Shown: positions 35,940-36,794 of the stretch, in pieces
Position numbering within the stretch: the stretch's first letter is position 1
Layout of the letters: the number at the start of each line of letters is the position of its first letter
Assembly: GCA_039589315.1 (NCBI GenBank)
Contig: JBDHHQ010000073.1
Coordinates: 1-36,794 of the forward strand
Origin: Gemmatimonadota bacterium
GTDB taxonomy: Bacteria > Gemmatimonadota > Gemmatimonadetes > Longimicrobiales > Gaopeijiaceae
DNA length: 36,794 nt
Reading direction: 5' to 3'
Notes under the pieces: model-generated
What the model was told of the DNA's origin: nothing
The model's database searches: none
The model's input: only the letters and a program-made list of their open reading frames with translations
Made by a program: the position numbers and the translations under genes

Positions 35940-36794
35940 ATGGACAGGCGCTCATACATCCTCGCGCCGATAGCGGTCACCCTGCTCTTCGGGTGTGCCG
36001 ATGGCGGGGACGGGCGGGCGATCGCTGAGCCGAGCATCCGCCTGGCGATCGTCGGCCAGGCGCTGATCGAGCATGACCCCCGAGACTACCTCGAAACCCC
36101 CATGAGCACGGTGCTGCCCCTCCTCGGCCAGGCCGATGCCGTGTTCACGAACCTCGAAGTCGCCGTTTCGGGCCCCGGGTGTGCCTGCGTGCCCACCAGG
36201 GACGACGTCTACTTCCACGGGGCCCAACCGAACGTGCTCGACTTCCTGGCCGAGATCGGTGTCTCGCTCCTGGCATTGTCGAACAACCACTCGTGGGACT
36301 ACGGGACTCAAGGCATCCTGTCCACTATCGATGAGGCCGAGAAGCGGGGCCTGATCCACGCGGGCACCGGCATGAACGTCGCCGCGGCCACGGCTCCCGC
36401 TTATCTGGACCTCGACGGCTTCCGGCTGGGGCTGGTCTCGCTGGCCACGGTCAACTCGCCCGATGGGGCCAGGGCAACGCCCGCGCGCGCCGGCGCAAAC
36501 ATGCTGGATCCGGGTGACACTGCCGCCTGGGACCGCAACATCGCGGCGGTCCAGGCCGCTGCCGCCGAGGCCGACGCGGTCCTCGCATACCAGCACTTCC
36601 AGATCGACGCTGAGCCAGGGTGGCAAGAGCGGTGGGCACGCGCCACGATCGACGCGGGCGCGGACGTCTATGTGAGTCATGGGGAGCCTACCCTCGCGGG
36701 CGTCGAGGTGTATGGGGGTGGGCTGATCCTCTACGGCCTGGGCAACTTCATCTTCCACACCAGGACGGAGCTCGGTCGCTATCCGCCGGACGTG
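35940..36794 (+). CDS. CapA/PgsA family protein, runs off the window end
   Basis: Open frame (not in ORF track): LLFGC lipobox, IRLAIVGQALI, ADAVFTNLE, ALSNNHSWDYG, HAGTG, YQHFQ, DAGADVYVSHG, YGLGNFIF. Confidence 0.88.
   Translation, partial: MDRRSYILAPIAVTLLFGCADGGDGRAIAEPSIRLAIVGQALIEHDPRDYLETPMSTVLPLLGQADAVFTNLEVAVSGPGCACVPTRDDVYFHGAQPNVLDFLAEIGVSLLALSNNHSWDYGTQGILSTIDEAEKRGLIHAGTGMNVAAATAPAYLDLDGFRLGLVSLATVNSPDGARATPARAGANMLDPGDTAAWDRNIAAVQAAAAEADAVLAYQHFQIDAEPGWQERWARATIDAGADVYVSHGEPTLAGVEVYGGGLILYGLGNFIFHTRTELGRYPPDV

Noticed and set aside
1..36794. Integron integrase, transposase, tRNA or rRNA
   Set aside because: No tyrosine-recombinase (R..HxxR..Y), DDE or HUH motifs recognised in the ORFs; no cloverleaf or rRNA-like sequence seen

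Overview
High-GC bacterial DNA; the gene content (PadR plus duplicated orphan ABC permease, TolB-like/TPR membrane protein, lipoprotein hydrolases) suggests Gemmatimonadota or Acidobacteriota, which is an inference. It holds about 44 mostly short, functionally unrelated genes or gene relics, the large majority on the + strand: GNATs, VOC, SnoaL, DinB, YCII, RidA, methyltransferases, a serine hydrolase, two CapA-like proteins, Ada and DapB among others. The organising feature is non-coding: a family of integron attC-like sites, all in the same orientation, often starting at a gene's stop codon (..TAAC) and ending in GTT/GTC. Two look structurally complete (219-391, unusually long at 173 bp, and 1833-1914). 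Progressively more eroded copies lie at about 2815-3107, 4259-4360, 6802-6896, 7840-7866, 8261-8325, 10360-10456, 16391-16491 and 35142-35177. No integrase is present in the window. About 14 genes are truncated, frameshifted or internally deleted. The best reading is an old, decaying integron cassette array whose distal genes are being either fixed by attC loss or erased. A sigma70-type promoter overlapped by three tandem palindromic 14-bp boxes precedes padR. No rRNA, tRNA, CRISPR array or transposase was recognised. All calls come from reading the sequence; no searches were run.
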